Assembly: GCF_001652585.1 (NCBI RefSeq)
Contig: NZ_LWLG01000008.1
Span: 1-32,000, forward strand
Direction of reading: 5' to 3'
Source: Thermosulfurimonas dismutans
GTDB taxonomy: Bacteria > Desulfobacterota > Thermodesulfobacteria > Thermodesulfobacteriales > Thermodesulfobacteriaceae
DNA: 32,000 bases
The position numbers and the translations under genes are program-made. Below the pieces are notes generated by a model. It was given only the letters and a program-made list of their open reading frames with translations. It was not told the DNA's origin and did not search any database. Positions 15,058 through 24,309 of this stretch are shown piece after piece. Position 1 is the stretch's first letter. The number at the start of each line of letters is the position of its first letter.

Positions 15058-17246
15058 TTTATCTCCTCCATTTTTGCAATTTGAATTTCAGTAATAATTT
15101 TAGTATATTTACCATTATTAATTTTTTCACATCTCCATTTGGGTTGATCATAGTTACAAGCTCTAGCACATAATTTTAAAAATTCCGTTCCCAAATAATC
15201 ATCAGTCCCCTCCAATATAGCTTTTATTATTCTTTTTGTCTTTTCATAATCAAATCTCGAGTAATTCGAAACAATTAAAAACACTTTGTCATTATTTTTA
15301 AGAGATAAAGATATTTCAATATTGCCTTTTTCTATAGAATACTTTACAGCATTTAAGATAACTTCATATATTACACTAAAAAGATACTCTTCAGTATATA
15401 TTACATTTCCACATTTCTCTATATTCCAAAAAAAAGTAATTTTGGGTTTAACTTCAATATAATCTGCCACTCTTTCAATAGTTTTCTCTATTATGGTTTC
15501 TTGTAAAAAAAATTTAAATTCCTCCAATTTTTTAGAAGAAAAATTCAGTCGATTTCTCCTTCTACTATCAATAGCTGCCATAGCTAAGTTGCAAAAATTA
15601 GAAAGAAAATCCAATTTTTCTAAAACTTTTTCATACCTTTTATTTATAACATCTCCTTTTATTTTATTTATATACGTTGGCATTGCATGAGAAAAAATGG
15701 CAGAATGTCGAGAAACACTTAAATTATGAATCTCTAAAACATGGCTAACTTCTTTGTTAATATAATCAACTACTTTCTCTAACAAAACCTCCTCTTTAAA
15801 GGCACCATAATTAACTTGAGGTTTGCCAAAAAATGGATTTTCTTTAGCAATAATAGGCAAATTTCTATAATAAAGAACATCAATTTTTTTAGCTTTTTTA
15901 TTTTCTTCTATTCGAATTAATGGAAATGGATAAATTCTTGCTAACCATTTTAATTTTTTATTTGTTTCTTCTATAAATTCTGATACTAATTTAGAAGGTT
16001 CATTCAACTTTTCAATAAAAATATTACCTATTTGTAAAATATATTGATCTAAAGCTTTTAATCGTAATTTGGTAGCCACTACTGAGATGATATCACGATA
16101 AAAAGTGTAATTATATAGCCATCTATCTTGGCCAGAACTGAATGTAAATAATGCTAACCATGGGTGTCCTCCAACATGAATGGGTACATAATATATATAT
16201 CCAGAAGGATAGATACATCTTTCAACTTGTTGCCTACTTTTATCCATTTCAAAATTCTCTTTATAAGTGTCCCAAACTTTATCACTAGGTTCACGGCCAA
16301 ACTCAACAATTCCTGAACAAAAAACCAAATCCGCAATAGCTCTGGCGTTCTTACTTAAAGGTGCCTCTAAAACATCAACAATATTAGCACCATTTTTTAC
16401 TTTGCAGTTTTTTCTACATTTATTACATTTATGTTCCATCCAATCTTGAAGTATGTTTGCCTGGTTTTTTGATAATAAAATCTTGGCAGTATATGGAAAT
16501 ATGGTATATCTTAAGTTTTTATAACAAGCCATTCTAATTACACAAAAAATATTTCCTAACTCCGGCTTATCTTCTGAGTTAATTGATAAAAAATCTTGAA
16601 TATCTTGCCAACATTCATCAAGAATTACTCTTAGACCATCCGTACATTTATTAACGAACTTTATATCAAGATCTTCATCAATTTGTTTCTCATAATCATC
16701 AACTAATTTTGACATATATGGATCTTTTATCTCAGATTGAATTGCACTTAATAAAGAATTTAAAGTGCCTCTTTCAATGAAAAATAACTTAAATTGTGAG
16801 TCTTCAAAAAGTATTTCTAAACTTTCTGTTTTCTCCTTATCTACTGGCAAAAGCTCATTTTGCAATTCTGCTAAGTTGTCTCTGTTAGACTTTGCATTTT
16901 TTTTCTTTTCAAATTGTTTCAATTTTTGGCTATTTACTTTATGTATAGACAAATAAAAGCCAGAATCGGAAAGAAGCATTCTATGAGGGGGAGGAGTAAA
17001 ATTTTCTTTTATTAATCCGTATTTTTTGGTATAATAAAGATCGTTAAAAGAAGAAAATATACATCTATCTCCTTCCCAAAACATGAAAACCAGAGGATCA
17101 TCTTTTTTACTAGGTTGAAAATAAAGGTAAAGATAATCTAAAAAAGGATAAATTAAAACCTCTCTAGGTTTAGAAAATTTCAAAATACTACCAATAATCC
17201 CAGATCTAACAAGGGAATTTTTATCATAACTCCCTATCTTAATCAT
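15054..17246 (-). CDS. Cytoplasmic 730-aa protein with a degenerate GHKL/histidine-kinase-like C-terminus
   Basis: No TM segments are seen. N-box-like VIYEVILNAVKYSIEKGNIEISL and a possible H-box (SRHSAIFSHAMPTYINKI). No clear G1/G2 boxes. A 4-nt overlap with the bEBP gene suggests translational coupling. Confidence 0.45.
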   Translation of the reverse strand: MIKIGSYDKNSLVRSGIIGSILKFSKPREVLIYPFLDYLYLYFQPSKKDDPLVFMFWEGDRCIFSSFNDLYYTKKYGLIKENFTPPPHRMLLSDSGFYLSIHKVNSQKLKQFEKKKNAKSNRDNLAELQNELLPVDKEKTESLEILFEDSQFKLFFIERGTLNSLLSAIQSEIKDPYMSKLVDDYEKQIDEDLDIKFVNKCTDGLRVILDECWQDIQDFLSINSEDKPELGNIFCVIRMACYKNLRYTIFPYTAKILLSKNQANILQDWMEHKCNKCRKNCKVKNGANIVDVLEAPLSKNARAIADLVFCSGIVEFGREPSDKVWDTYKENFEMDKSRQQVERCIYPSGYIYYVPIHVGGHPWLALFTFSSGQDRWLYNYTFYRDIISVVATKLRLKALDQYILQIGNIFIEKLNEPSKLVSEFIEETNKKLKWLARIYPFPLIRIEENKKAKKIDVLYYRNLPIIAKENPFFGKPQVNYGAFKEEVLLEKVVDYINKEVSHVLEIHNLSVSRHSAIFSHAMPTYINKIKGDVINKRYEKVLEKLDFLSNFCNLAMAAIDSRRRNRLNFSSKKLEEFKFFLQETIIEKTIERVADYIEVKPKITFFWNIEKCGNVIYTEEYLFSVIYEVILNAVKYSIEKGNIEISLSLKNNDKVFLIVSNYSRFDYEKTKRIIKAILEGTDDYLGTEFLKLCARACNYDQPKWRCEKINNGKYTKIITEIQIAKMEEIK

Positions 17247-17253
17247 TTAAAAA

Positions 17254-17985
17254 TTACCTCCTATTCAACAAATTTGATAGATCTCCTATATCAAATTCTT
17301 CCTTTTTAAAATCTGAAATTATTTTTCCATGTGCCATAACAATAATTCTGTCTGCATATTTTTTAGCTAGATCCAAATCGTGTGTTACTTGCACGATAGT
17401 CTTTCCTTTATTATATAAACTTTTTATAAGCTCCATACATTTTTCTGCATTTTTTGGATCTAATGCTGCTAAAGGTTCATCAAGAAGAAAAATTTTTGCT
17501 GGACGAAGGTGGGCAATAGTAAGAGCTAACAATTGCCGTTCTCCGCCTGACAATGTTTTAGCCATTTGTTTGAGTTTATTGCCAAGGCCTAAAGGCTCTA
17601 ATAAAGCTAAATATTTTTCCTGTAATTGTTTTCTAGACAAACCTTTAGAGTTCCAATCTGCAACATAAAGGTTTTCGAATATAGTTAAAGATGCAGCTGT
17701 TCCCAATAAAGGATCCTGATGCACATAAAAAATACTATCAGAAATTTCTTTAACGGTCATTTGTTCTATTGGTTTATTATTAATAAAAATTCTACCACTA
17801 TACAAAAAAATTCTACCACTAATAGCTTTTAATAGTGTAGACTTACCAGAACCATTATGCCCAATAAGCATGATCCATTGAGCTGACGGAATAGACAAGT
17901 TGACACCATCAAGAGCCTTAATAGTTTGTCCCCATCGGTTATAAGAAACTTCCAAATTTTCGATATAAAGAATTGGATTGTCCAT
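17254..17985 (-). CDS. ABC transporter ATP-binding protein (COG1101-like)
   Basis: 243 aa. Walker A GHNGSGKST, signature LSGGERQ, Walker B IFLLDEP, H-loop VTHD. Confidence 0.9.
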   Translation of the reverse strand: MDNPILYIENLEVSYNRWGQTIKALDGVNLSIPSAQWIMLIGHNGSGKSTLLKAISGRIFLYSGRIFINNKPIEQMTVKEISDSIFYVHQDPLLGTAASLTIFENLYVADWNSKGLSRKQLQEKYLALLEPLGLGNKLKQMAKTLSGGERQLLALTIAHLRPAKIFLLDEPLAALDPKNAEKCMELIKSLYNKGKTIVQVTHDLDLAKKYADRIIVMAHGKIISDFKKEEFDIGDLSNLLNRR

Positions 17986-17987
17986 AA

Positions 17988-18881
17988 TTACATATCAGCA
18001 AACAATTCTGAATCTCGAGAGACACGCAGAATTACCACCATTAAAACAAGTAAAGCTGTCACTAGTTTTAAATCTGTAGGGGCCAGCCCAAATCTAACAG
18101 CATATGCAACCAAAAGTTGATATAAAATACTTCCAACAACAGCAGAAAGACAAACAAAATTATGGAAAGAAAAACACGATTCTGGTAAAACACGTTCTCC
18201 TATAGTCATCGCTGCTAGAGCCAAAATCAGGGTCCCTTGTCCCATACCTACATCAACGAATCCTTGATACATGGCAAGCAAGATACCAGAAAAGGCGGCT
18301 AGACAGTTCGTAAAAAACAATCCTATGATTAAACTAATAGAAACATTGATACCTAATGACCTAGCATATTCTGGATTAGATCCAGAAACTCGCAAACGAA
18401 GCCCAAATTTGGTAGACAAAAGATGAGATATAAAAATCAATCCAAAAACGACAAATAAAAAAAGGAAACCAATAATTCCAACATGGAAACCACAATATAA
18501 GTATCGATTCAGGTAATCAAGAAGAGTTTTTGTCTTCAAAAGGCTAATATTAGATGCTCCCATAAGTCTTAAGCTTAAAGAATAAATGATAGCTATCACA
18601 ATAATAGCGGCTAAAAATTTATTCAATTTAAATCGTGAGTGCAAAAGAGCAGTCAAAAATCCAGATAATCCGCCAGCTATGCTAGCCACAAAAATAGATA
18701 GACAGATATTAAAATTGGCTTTATACAAAGTTGCATAAACAGCGGCACCCAAGAGGAAAGAGCCTTCTATAGTTAAATCGGGAAAATTAAAAAGTCTAAA
18801 AGCTATTGCAAGAGATAGAACCACCCAGGAAAAAATCAAACCCATGATTAAACCAATATCTAAAGGAATCAACCAATTCAT
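17988..18881 (-). CDS. ABC transporter permease (COG4120-like)
   Basis: 297 aa, polytopic membrane protein. It sits between the binding-protein and ATPase genes with overlapping or abutting ends. Confidence 0.85.
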   Translation of the reverse strand: MNWLIPLDIGLIMGLIFSWVVLSLAIAFRLFNFPDLTIEGSFLLGAAVYATLYKANFNICLSIFVASIAGGLSGFLTALLHSRFKLNKFLAAIIVIAIIYSLSLRLMGASNISLLKTKTLLDYLNRYLYCGFHVGIIGFLFLFVVFGLIFISHLLSTKFGLRLRVSGSNPEYARSLGINVSISLIIGLFFTNCLAAFSGILLAMYQGFVDVGMGQGTLILALAAMTIGERVLPESCFSFHNFVCLSAVVGSILYQLLVAYAVRFGLAPTDLKLVTALLVLMVVILRVSRDSELFADM

Positions 18882-19864
18882 TTTTGAATTTCGTAGTAAA
18901 TTTTTTTAGCTTTCTTGATAATCTCTTTCGGAATCGAAACACCCATTAGTTCAGCAGCTTTTAAATTAAGGTAAATTTCAGAACCGCGAGCCACTACAAC
19001 AGGAATACATCGTTCCCCTCTTAAAACTCGAGCCACTAATTTACCTGTTTCTCTACCCAACTCAGGATATCCCACAGAAACGGCAGCTAATCCTCCCTTA
19101 GCTACCGTTCCACTGTCTCCAACATATAGAGGAATCTTGTGTTCTATAGCAACCTTTAAAGCAGCACCAACACCACTAATAACCGTATTATCGCTAGACA
19201 AAAATAAGGCATCAACTCTAGAAGCTAAATTTTGAGCTACTGGATACACTTCTGCAGTAGAACTAACCGCCCCTTCGAGCAGTTTAAACCCTAACTTAGG
19301 AGCATAATATCTTATTTTTTTGATACCATACTGCGAAGCAGCTTCACCGGGATTATAAAGAACACCTAGCACTTTAACCTTGGGAGTGATTTCTTTTATT
19401 AGTTTGAGTTGATCATAGTAAGGCCAAGCGTCACTAGTACCAGTAATCATCTTTTCACATTTATCTAATGATTTCACTAAACCTGCTCCCACAGGATCTG
19501 TAACCGCTGCAAAAACTACCGGACATCGTGCAACCTTGACTATAGCTTGAGACATAGGAGTTGTTACAGCTACTATTACATCCGGATTGAGGGCAGACAA
19601 TTCATTAGCAATATTGGCTGCCAATTGTATTTGTCCGTTCGCGTTTCTTATAATGTATTTTACATTTTTATTTTCTACAAAGCCTTCCATCTCGAGTTCT
19701 TTTTTAAGATTCTGGATAACTGCATCTAAAGCAGGATGCGACATTAATGTAGCAATTGCTATGAGTTTGTAATGTTTTTTTTGTTCTTTAATACTAAATT
19801 TGATAGTTAAAAGTGTAACTATTATTAGAAATATAATTATCAGAAAAACTATCTTTTTCCACAT
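18878..19864 (-). CDS. ABC transporter substrate-binding protein (COG2984/ABC_sub_bind-like), membrane-anchored
   Basis: 328 aa. N-terminal TM anchor, then periplasmic-binding-fold blocks (IAIATLMSHPALD, VIVAVTTPMSQA, VFAAVTDPVGAGLV, LGVLYNPGEAAS). Confidence 0.75.
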   Translation of the reverse strand: MWKKIVFLIIIFLIIVTLLTIKFSIKEQKKHYKLIAIATLMSHPALDAVIQNLKKELEMEGFVENKNVKYIIRNANGQIQLAANIANELSALNPDVIVAVTTPMSQAIVKVARCPVVFAAVTDPVGAGLVKSLDKCEKMITGTSDAWPYYDQLKLIKEITPKVKVLGVLYNPGEAASQYGIKKIRYYAPKLGFKLLEGAVSSTAEVYPVAQNLASRVDALFLSSDNTVISGVGAALKVAIEHKIPLYVGDSGTVAKGGLAAVSVGYPELGRETGKLVARVLRGERCIPVVVARGSEIYLNLKAAELMGVSIPKEIIKKAKKIYYEIQK

Positions 19865-19866
19865 TT

Positions 19867-21333
19867 TTACCCTCCTTTTCCCATTAATTCAGAAACAATA
19901 TAATCTCCATAATTAAAAACTTTAATCCCGGGCAGTCTAGAAATTTTTTTTAATGTATAAGAAATTGCCAAAATTTTGTCAGTTTGTAAATCAAATACTC
20001 TATCTTTTAGTCGTTTCTTATCCAATATCCCTATAGGAAGCCCTCCCGCTCCATGAGCAAAATGCTCTCCTAGCCAAGCAATTACTGGTTGATGGTCCAT
20101 TTCCCACTTAGTAAAGTATTCGAAAATATCCTCTGGAAACAAACCGTTTTTTAACTCTTGATAGAAAAGTGGAGTTCCAGGATAAATAACATGCAGTTGA
20201 GGGAAAATTGTTATAAATTTTCCTTTGTTAAGAGCCATATGTCCAATAGATTCTAATATACTAATAGTATTTTCAACATGATAGGTCGTTTCATTTGGCA
20301 ATCCAAACTGAAGATTTAAATAACATTCAATTTTACTATCCATCAAGTTGGGAATTACTTTTTCAAGCAAAACTTTTATATAATATTCAGGATTTTTGGT
20401 CTTATTCAAATAAATTAAATGATCAAAATTAAATGACTCAACCCCTATGTATACTGCTTCGCATCCAGCAGCTTCCAGCAGATCAACGATGTCTTCATGA
20501 ATTAAAGATTCTACTCGAGTCTGACAATCCCAAGTGAAATTCCTCTTCTTTTTAAGCTCTATAAGAGCTTTACATATATCCTTGGCTCTTTGCAAAGAAT
20601 GCACAAAGAAATTATCTTCAATAGCTATCCTTTTAAATCCCAATTTTAACAAACTTTCTATATCTCTTATAAATGCTTTTATGCTTTTAGAACGAATCTT
20701 GTTATTTCCAACAGCGCAAAAAGAACATTTATAAAAACAGCCTCTGGAAGATACATATGTAATATGATTGAATTTCCCCGGAGTTCCAATAGATTTATTT
20801 TTAAAAACAACAGGTATAGAATCTAATTCTTCTTGTGTCAATAAAGGTGGGGGAAAATTTTTATGGATTCTATTATTTCTTACATAAGCGATTCCGGGAA
20901 TTAGCTCTAATTTTGGATAATTTTGCAATAGATAATTTAACGATTTTTCTCCTTCTCCTATGATAATAACATCTACAATATCTCTGTGATATTTCAAAAT
21001 AGTTCCATAATCCGCAGTAGCATGAGGCCCCCCAAATATTATAACTGATTTTGGCAGGAATTTCTTAAAAGTTTTTGCCACAAATAATGCAGCTTGATAA
21101 GTAGCAGTAGTAGTAGTTATTCCTATAAAGGATAAGTTTGAACCATCTACATCATTTGAAATTTCAGAAATACGGTTTTCTACCTCACTAAAGGACATGC
21201 GACTAAAATCTAATAGATCTACTTCGACGTTTTTATTATTCAAAACAATATAATTAGCCAAACTAATCAAACCAAAAGAAAATCCATCAAGCAATCCTAA
21301 AAGAGGAGGTTGTACCAATATTAACTTTTTCAT
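19867..21333 (-). CDS. B12-binding-domain radical SAM protein (class B-like)
   Basis: 488 aa. N-terminal cobalamin-binding-domain-like region (FIGITTTTATY...IIFGGPHATA) and radical SAM CX3CX2C (SSRGCFYKCSFCAV). Confidence 0.85.
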   Translation of the reverse strand: MKKLILVQPPLLGLLDGFSFGLISLANYIVLNNKNVEVDLLDFSRMSFSEVENRISEISNDVDGSNLSFIGITTTTATYQAALFVAKTFKKFLPKSVIIFGGPHATADYGTILKYHRDIVDVIIIGEGEKSLNYLLQNYPKLELIPGIAYVRNNRIHKNFPPPLLTQEELDSIPVVFKNKSIGTPGKFNHITYVSSRGCFYKCSFCAVGNNKIRSKSIKAFIRDIESLLKLGFKRIAIEDNFFVHSLQRAKDICKALIELKKKRNFTWDCQTRVESLIHEDIVDLLEAAGCEAVYIGVESFNFDHLIYLNKTKNPEYYIKVLLEKVIPNLMDSKIECYLNLQFGLPNETTYHVENTISILESIGHMALNKGKFITIFPQLHVIYPGTPLFYQELKNGLFPEDIFEYFTKWEMDHQPVIAWLGEHFAHGAGGLPIGILDKKRLKDRVFDLQTDKILAISYTLKKISRLPGIKVFNYGDYIVSELMGKGG

Positions 21334-21366
21334 TTTTGATTTGGGGACTCTTTTTTTGAAAACTAT

Positions 21367-21382
21367 AGCAAATGCAATGCCA
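21367..21382 (-). promoter_or_regulatory. Sigma-54 (-24/-12) promoter of the AT-rich operon
   Basis: The minus strand reads TGGCATtgcatTTGCT, one mismatch to TGGCAC-N5-TTGCW. The -12 GC lies 35 nt upstream of the rSAM start codon. Confidence 0.7.
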
Positions 21383-21459
21383 AAACTTTCATTGAAAATA
21401 GCACAAAATTCAGTGTATTAAACAGTAAATTCGATTTAAGAGGTGAAAGTTATTAAAGA

Positions 21460-21481
21460 TTGTAAGTTATTTGTAAGTTAC
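21460..21481 (-). promoter_or_regulatory. Tandem ttgtaagtta repeats (candidate bEBP enhancer/UAS)
   Basis: ttgtaagtta occurs at 21460-21469 and 21471-21480 (11-nt period). The 15-mer ttatttgtaagttac (21467-21481) is identical to 11517-11531. It lies about 80-110 nt upstream of the sigma-54 promoter. Confidence 0.45.
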
Positions 21482-21520
21482 AAAAGCTGAAATTATTTAT
21501 GTCTGAGCAAGATAACTTGT

Positions 21521-22177
21521 TTACAGAATTTGAGCTTCATCAGAAAAAGAACCGGAAAAAGAGGATGTAAAATCAAACAGCGCTTCATTTAACGCTACTA
21601 AATCCTCTTTGCTGAAAAATTCTTCCAATAATTCTGGGTTTGTATCCTTGAATTTCAAATAGGCTTTGAGCCAGGAGGGAGGATACAGGTAACAACTAGG
21701 AAAACCTACGAGAGACGGGAGATAATGGCTGGCCACAAATTTCTTCTTTTGGAGCAGGCGCCTCAGATGGAAGATAGTCGCAAAACCGTAGATTTCTCCG
21801 CTCCAGGTTTCAGAGGACTCCTCGTAGGGATCCATGACCACTCCTATATAAACTAGCGCGCCTTCCTTTTCGCCCGAAAGAATCGCCTGCTCGCACCACA
21901 GGATAGGTAGATAATCAGCGCATTTGACCGTGGTTTTGGTATTAAAACGGGCATTGAGATAGTCGTATCCTCCATCGCCTTCAAGATAAAAACGGCCGTT
22001 AAGCTTGAGTTCTGGAAAAGCCTTAGCCACGAGGACCTGGCCAGCGGCTCCCAAAACATGGCTATGCTTGACCACCGCTCCCCGGGCCAGAACATCGGCC
22101 AGAAAACGCACCCTCATTAAATCCAAACGATTCAAAGTTACCCGGATAAACTTGGAATAAGAAAGTTTTTTAAACAT
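21521..22177 (-). CDS. Hypothetical protein downstream of serine recombinase A
   Basis: 218 aa, starting 2 nt after the recombinase stop. No family was recognised. Confidence 0.6.
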   Translation of the reverse strand: MFKKLSYSKFIRVTLNRLDLMRVRFLADVLARGAVVKHSHVLGAAGQVLVAKAFPELKLNGRFYLEGDGGYDYLNARFNTKTTVKCADYLPILWCEQAILSGEKEGALVYIGVVMDPYEESSETWSGEIYGFATIFHLRRLLQKKKFVASHYLPSLVGFPSCYLYPPSWLKAYLKFKDTNPELLEEFFSKEDLVALNEALFDFTSSFSGSFSDEAQIL

Positions 22178-22179
22178 GG

Positions 22180-23820
22180 TTAAGCCGCCTCCTTAAGCTC
22201 AATTTTATTGGTAAATTCGAGTTTATATTGACCGTTATTGAAAAGATACAAAGTAATATTTCCCACACAGATTTTTATAATTTCTCTCCCTATGGTAGAA
22301 TATTTTTCCAAAAGTTCCGGAAGATTGTTTAGGTAGTTATCTAAAGTTTGCATAGTCAAAATTGGTATTTTTGGCTTATATTTTATAGTTTTATTTAGTT
22401 CTTCTATAAGCATCTTCTTTCTATTTTCTGTTTGAACAAGCACTTCTTTTGTTGTTTCTGTAATAATCCCAGCTTTTATGGCCTCAATAATGTTTTTTAA
22501 TTCTTTCTCTGTCTTTGCCAGTTCTTTCTTTATCCATTCTATCTGAGTACTTTGATTTCTTTTTTTATATTCTTCTCGAATCATGTTGTTTACTTTATCT
22601 AAAATATAAGCTTTATCTTTAGAAGTTAAATCAATCTGAAGATTTCGATAAATCTCTTTCCATAGTATTTCTTTTGATATTTTCAGACTATTGTTGCAGG
22701 CAATTTCACCTTTATTCCAATAAGTTGAGCAACCGTATTTTTTCTTTTTGCCTCCCTGGACTACCACTATATTTCCGCCACAAACACCACATTGGATTAG
22801 ACCTGTAAACAAATTGGAAGAATAACGGCTTTTGGCTTTGGCAAAATTTTTTCGCGCTATACTGGCGACTTCTTTTTGTCTGGCCTTAACTTTGAACCAG
22901 AGATCATCGGGAACTATCCTGAGATGAGGCAATATTGTTTCCACCCATTCTTCCTTAGGATTTTTTATCCTCTTGACTTTTCCCGTCACCGGATTTCGTT
23001 TGGTAGAGGTGCGGTTCCAGCGATAAATACCGCGGTATAATTCGTTGTTAAGAATGCCCGTGCCTTGGGAAGGACTTCCCAAAATGGTAGTTACCGACCA
23101 GTATTTACCCCTGGGTGGCTTAGGATACCCTTTTTCTTTGAGCTCTTTATTTAAAATGTTTACAATCTGTCTGGCACTCAGTCCCTCCTCGCCATACATC
23201 TTAAAGATACGCAAAACGGTTTGAGCTTCACTGGGTTCGATCACAAGTTTATATCCTTCGGCAATGGGTAGACCATAAATATCCACCTTTCCGTTGTATA
23301 CCGGCACAGAACGGTAACCGTAGCGACGCCCGCCGGCGCTAAATTGCTTTAAGACCTGGCCTTCCATACCTCTCTTGGTCTTGGCGGCCAGTTCCTTGAG
23401 AAAAAGGGCATCCATGAGACCGTGCATGGTGATAATTTCTTCGGCGATCTCGGTCTTAGTATCTATCCCCTGGGAGACAAAATAGACTCCGATATCGTTA
23501 AAAGAGAGAACATGGAATATCTCAAGAGCCTCCCTTGTGTTTCTTGCCACTCGGGAGGTGTCGTCAACCAGAATGTACTGAAACGGCGGGTCGGGAGATA
23601 AGGCTATTCTCAAAAGTCTTTTAAAGGCCTCCCGTATATCCAAGGAACTTCCGGATATAGCCTGGTCAACATAGATATGCTCTTCAAGGACTTCCCACCC
23701 ACGAGAAGAAGCAAATTGCTTGCATCTCCTGATCTGATCCTCGATGGAGGCCTCACGCTGGTTGGAAGAGCTATATCGGGCATATATAGCGCATCTAACG
23801 CTGTGGCCCATCTTCGTCAC
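22180..23820 (-). CDS. Large serine recombinase A
   Basis: 546 aa. Resolvase catalytic N-terminus (CAIYARYSSSNQREASIEDQ, with the Ser nucleophile), a recombinase domain, a zinc ribbon (CGVCGG...YGCS) and a coiled-coil C-terminus. Confidence 0.9.
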   Translation of the reverse strand: MTKMGHSVRCAIYARYSSSNQREASIEDQIRRCKQFASSRGWEVLEEHIYVDQAISGSSLDIREAFKRLLRIALSPDPPFQYILVDDTSRVARNTREALEIFHVLSFNDIGVYFVSQGIDTKTEIAEEIITMHGLMDALFLKELAAKTKRGMEGQVLKQFSAGGRRYGYRSVPVYNGKVDIYGLPIAEGYKLVIEPSEAQTVLRIFKMYGEEGLSARQIVNILNKELKEKGYPKPPRGKYWSVTTILGSPSQGTGILNNELYRGIYRWNRTSTKRNPVTGKVKRIKNPKEEWVETILPHLRIVPDDLWFKVKARQKEVASIARKNFAKAKSRYSSNLFTGLIQCGVCGGNIVVVQGGKKKKYGCSTYWNKGEIACNNSLKISKEILWKEIYRNLQIDLTSKDKAYILDKVNNMIREEYKKRNQSTQIEWIKKELAKTEKELKNIIEAIKAGIITETTKEVLVQTENRKKMLIEELNKTIKYKPKIPILTMQTLDNYLNNLPELLEKYSTIGREIIKICVGNITLYLFNNGQYKLEFTNKIELKEAA

Positions 23821-24021
23821 CTCCTCCTTCTGAACCCTCTTTTTCTTCGAAATTCAAAATTTCCAAGAGAATTATTCGAGCAATCAAATCAAGAACGACC
23901 CTTTTAAGGTCCTCGTTCATGTCGTCCAACCTTTCTTTATGTTATTCTAAAATCCATTCAGTAATATACATTAACATCCCTTTTGGTTCTGTCAATACCA
24001 TTTTGTTATTTAGAGATACAA

Positions 24022-24050
24022 AAATTCCCTGTCTTTACAGAAAGGGATTT
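24022..24050. promoter_or_regulatory. Imperfect inverted repeat upstream of the XRE gene (possible operator)
   Basis: aaattccct (24022-24030) and agggattt (24043-24050) are separated by 12 nt. The repeat ends 20 nt before the XRE start. Confidence 0.25.
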
Positions 24051-24069
24051 CTGGTTGTAAAATGGGGAC

Positions 24070-24309
24070 ATGATCAAATGCCATCTCTCGCGGCTTATGG
24101 GGGAGAGAAAGCTCAAGATCATAGATGTAGCCCGTGGAAGTGGAGTGCCCAGACATATGGTGGCCAAGCTGTACTACGAGACGGCCAAAAGGATTGATTT
24201 GGAAACCATAGACCGGCTGTGCCGCTTCTTTAACTGTCAGGTGGGGGATCTCTTCGAATACATTCCGGAAAAACATACCGATAAGCAGGATGAAACAAAT
24301 CAAAGATAA
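24070..24309 (+). CDS. XRE/Cro-C1-type helix-turn-helix regulator
   Basis: 79 aa. LSRLMGERKLKIIDVARGSGVPRHMVAKLYYETAKRIDLETIDRLCRFFNCQVGDLFEY is typical of the short HTH family. It overlaps the start of recombinase B. Confidence 0.85.
   Translation: MIKCHLSRLMGERKLKIIDVARGSGVPRHMVAKLYYETAKRIDLETIDRLCRFFNCQVGDLFEYIPEKHTDKQDETNQR

Noticed and set aside
21334-21520. A cobalamin riboswitch or other leader RNA upstream of the B12-rSAM gene
   Set aside because: Only about 23 nt separate the predicted sigma-54 start and the ATG. No B12-box-like sequence is present.
23677-24303. ORFs 23677-23907(+), 23919-24197(+) and 24010-24303(-) in and around the divergent intergenic region
   Set aside because: They overlap the recombinase A start or the XRE gene, and no motif or Shine-Dalgarno is present. 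The XRE ORF explains the coding signal.
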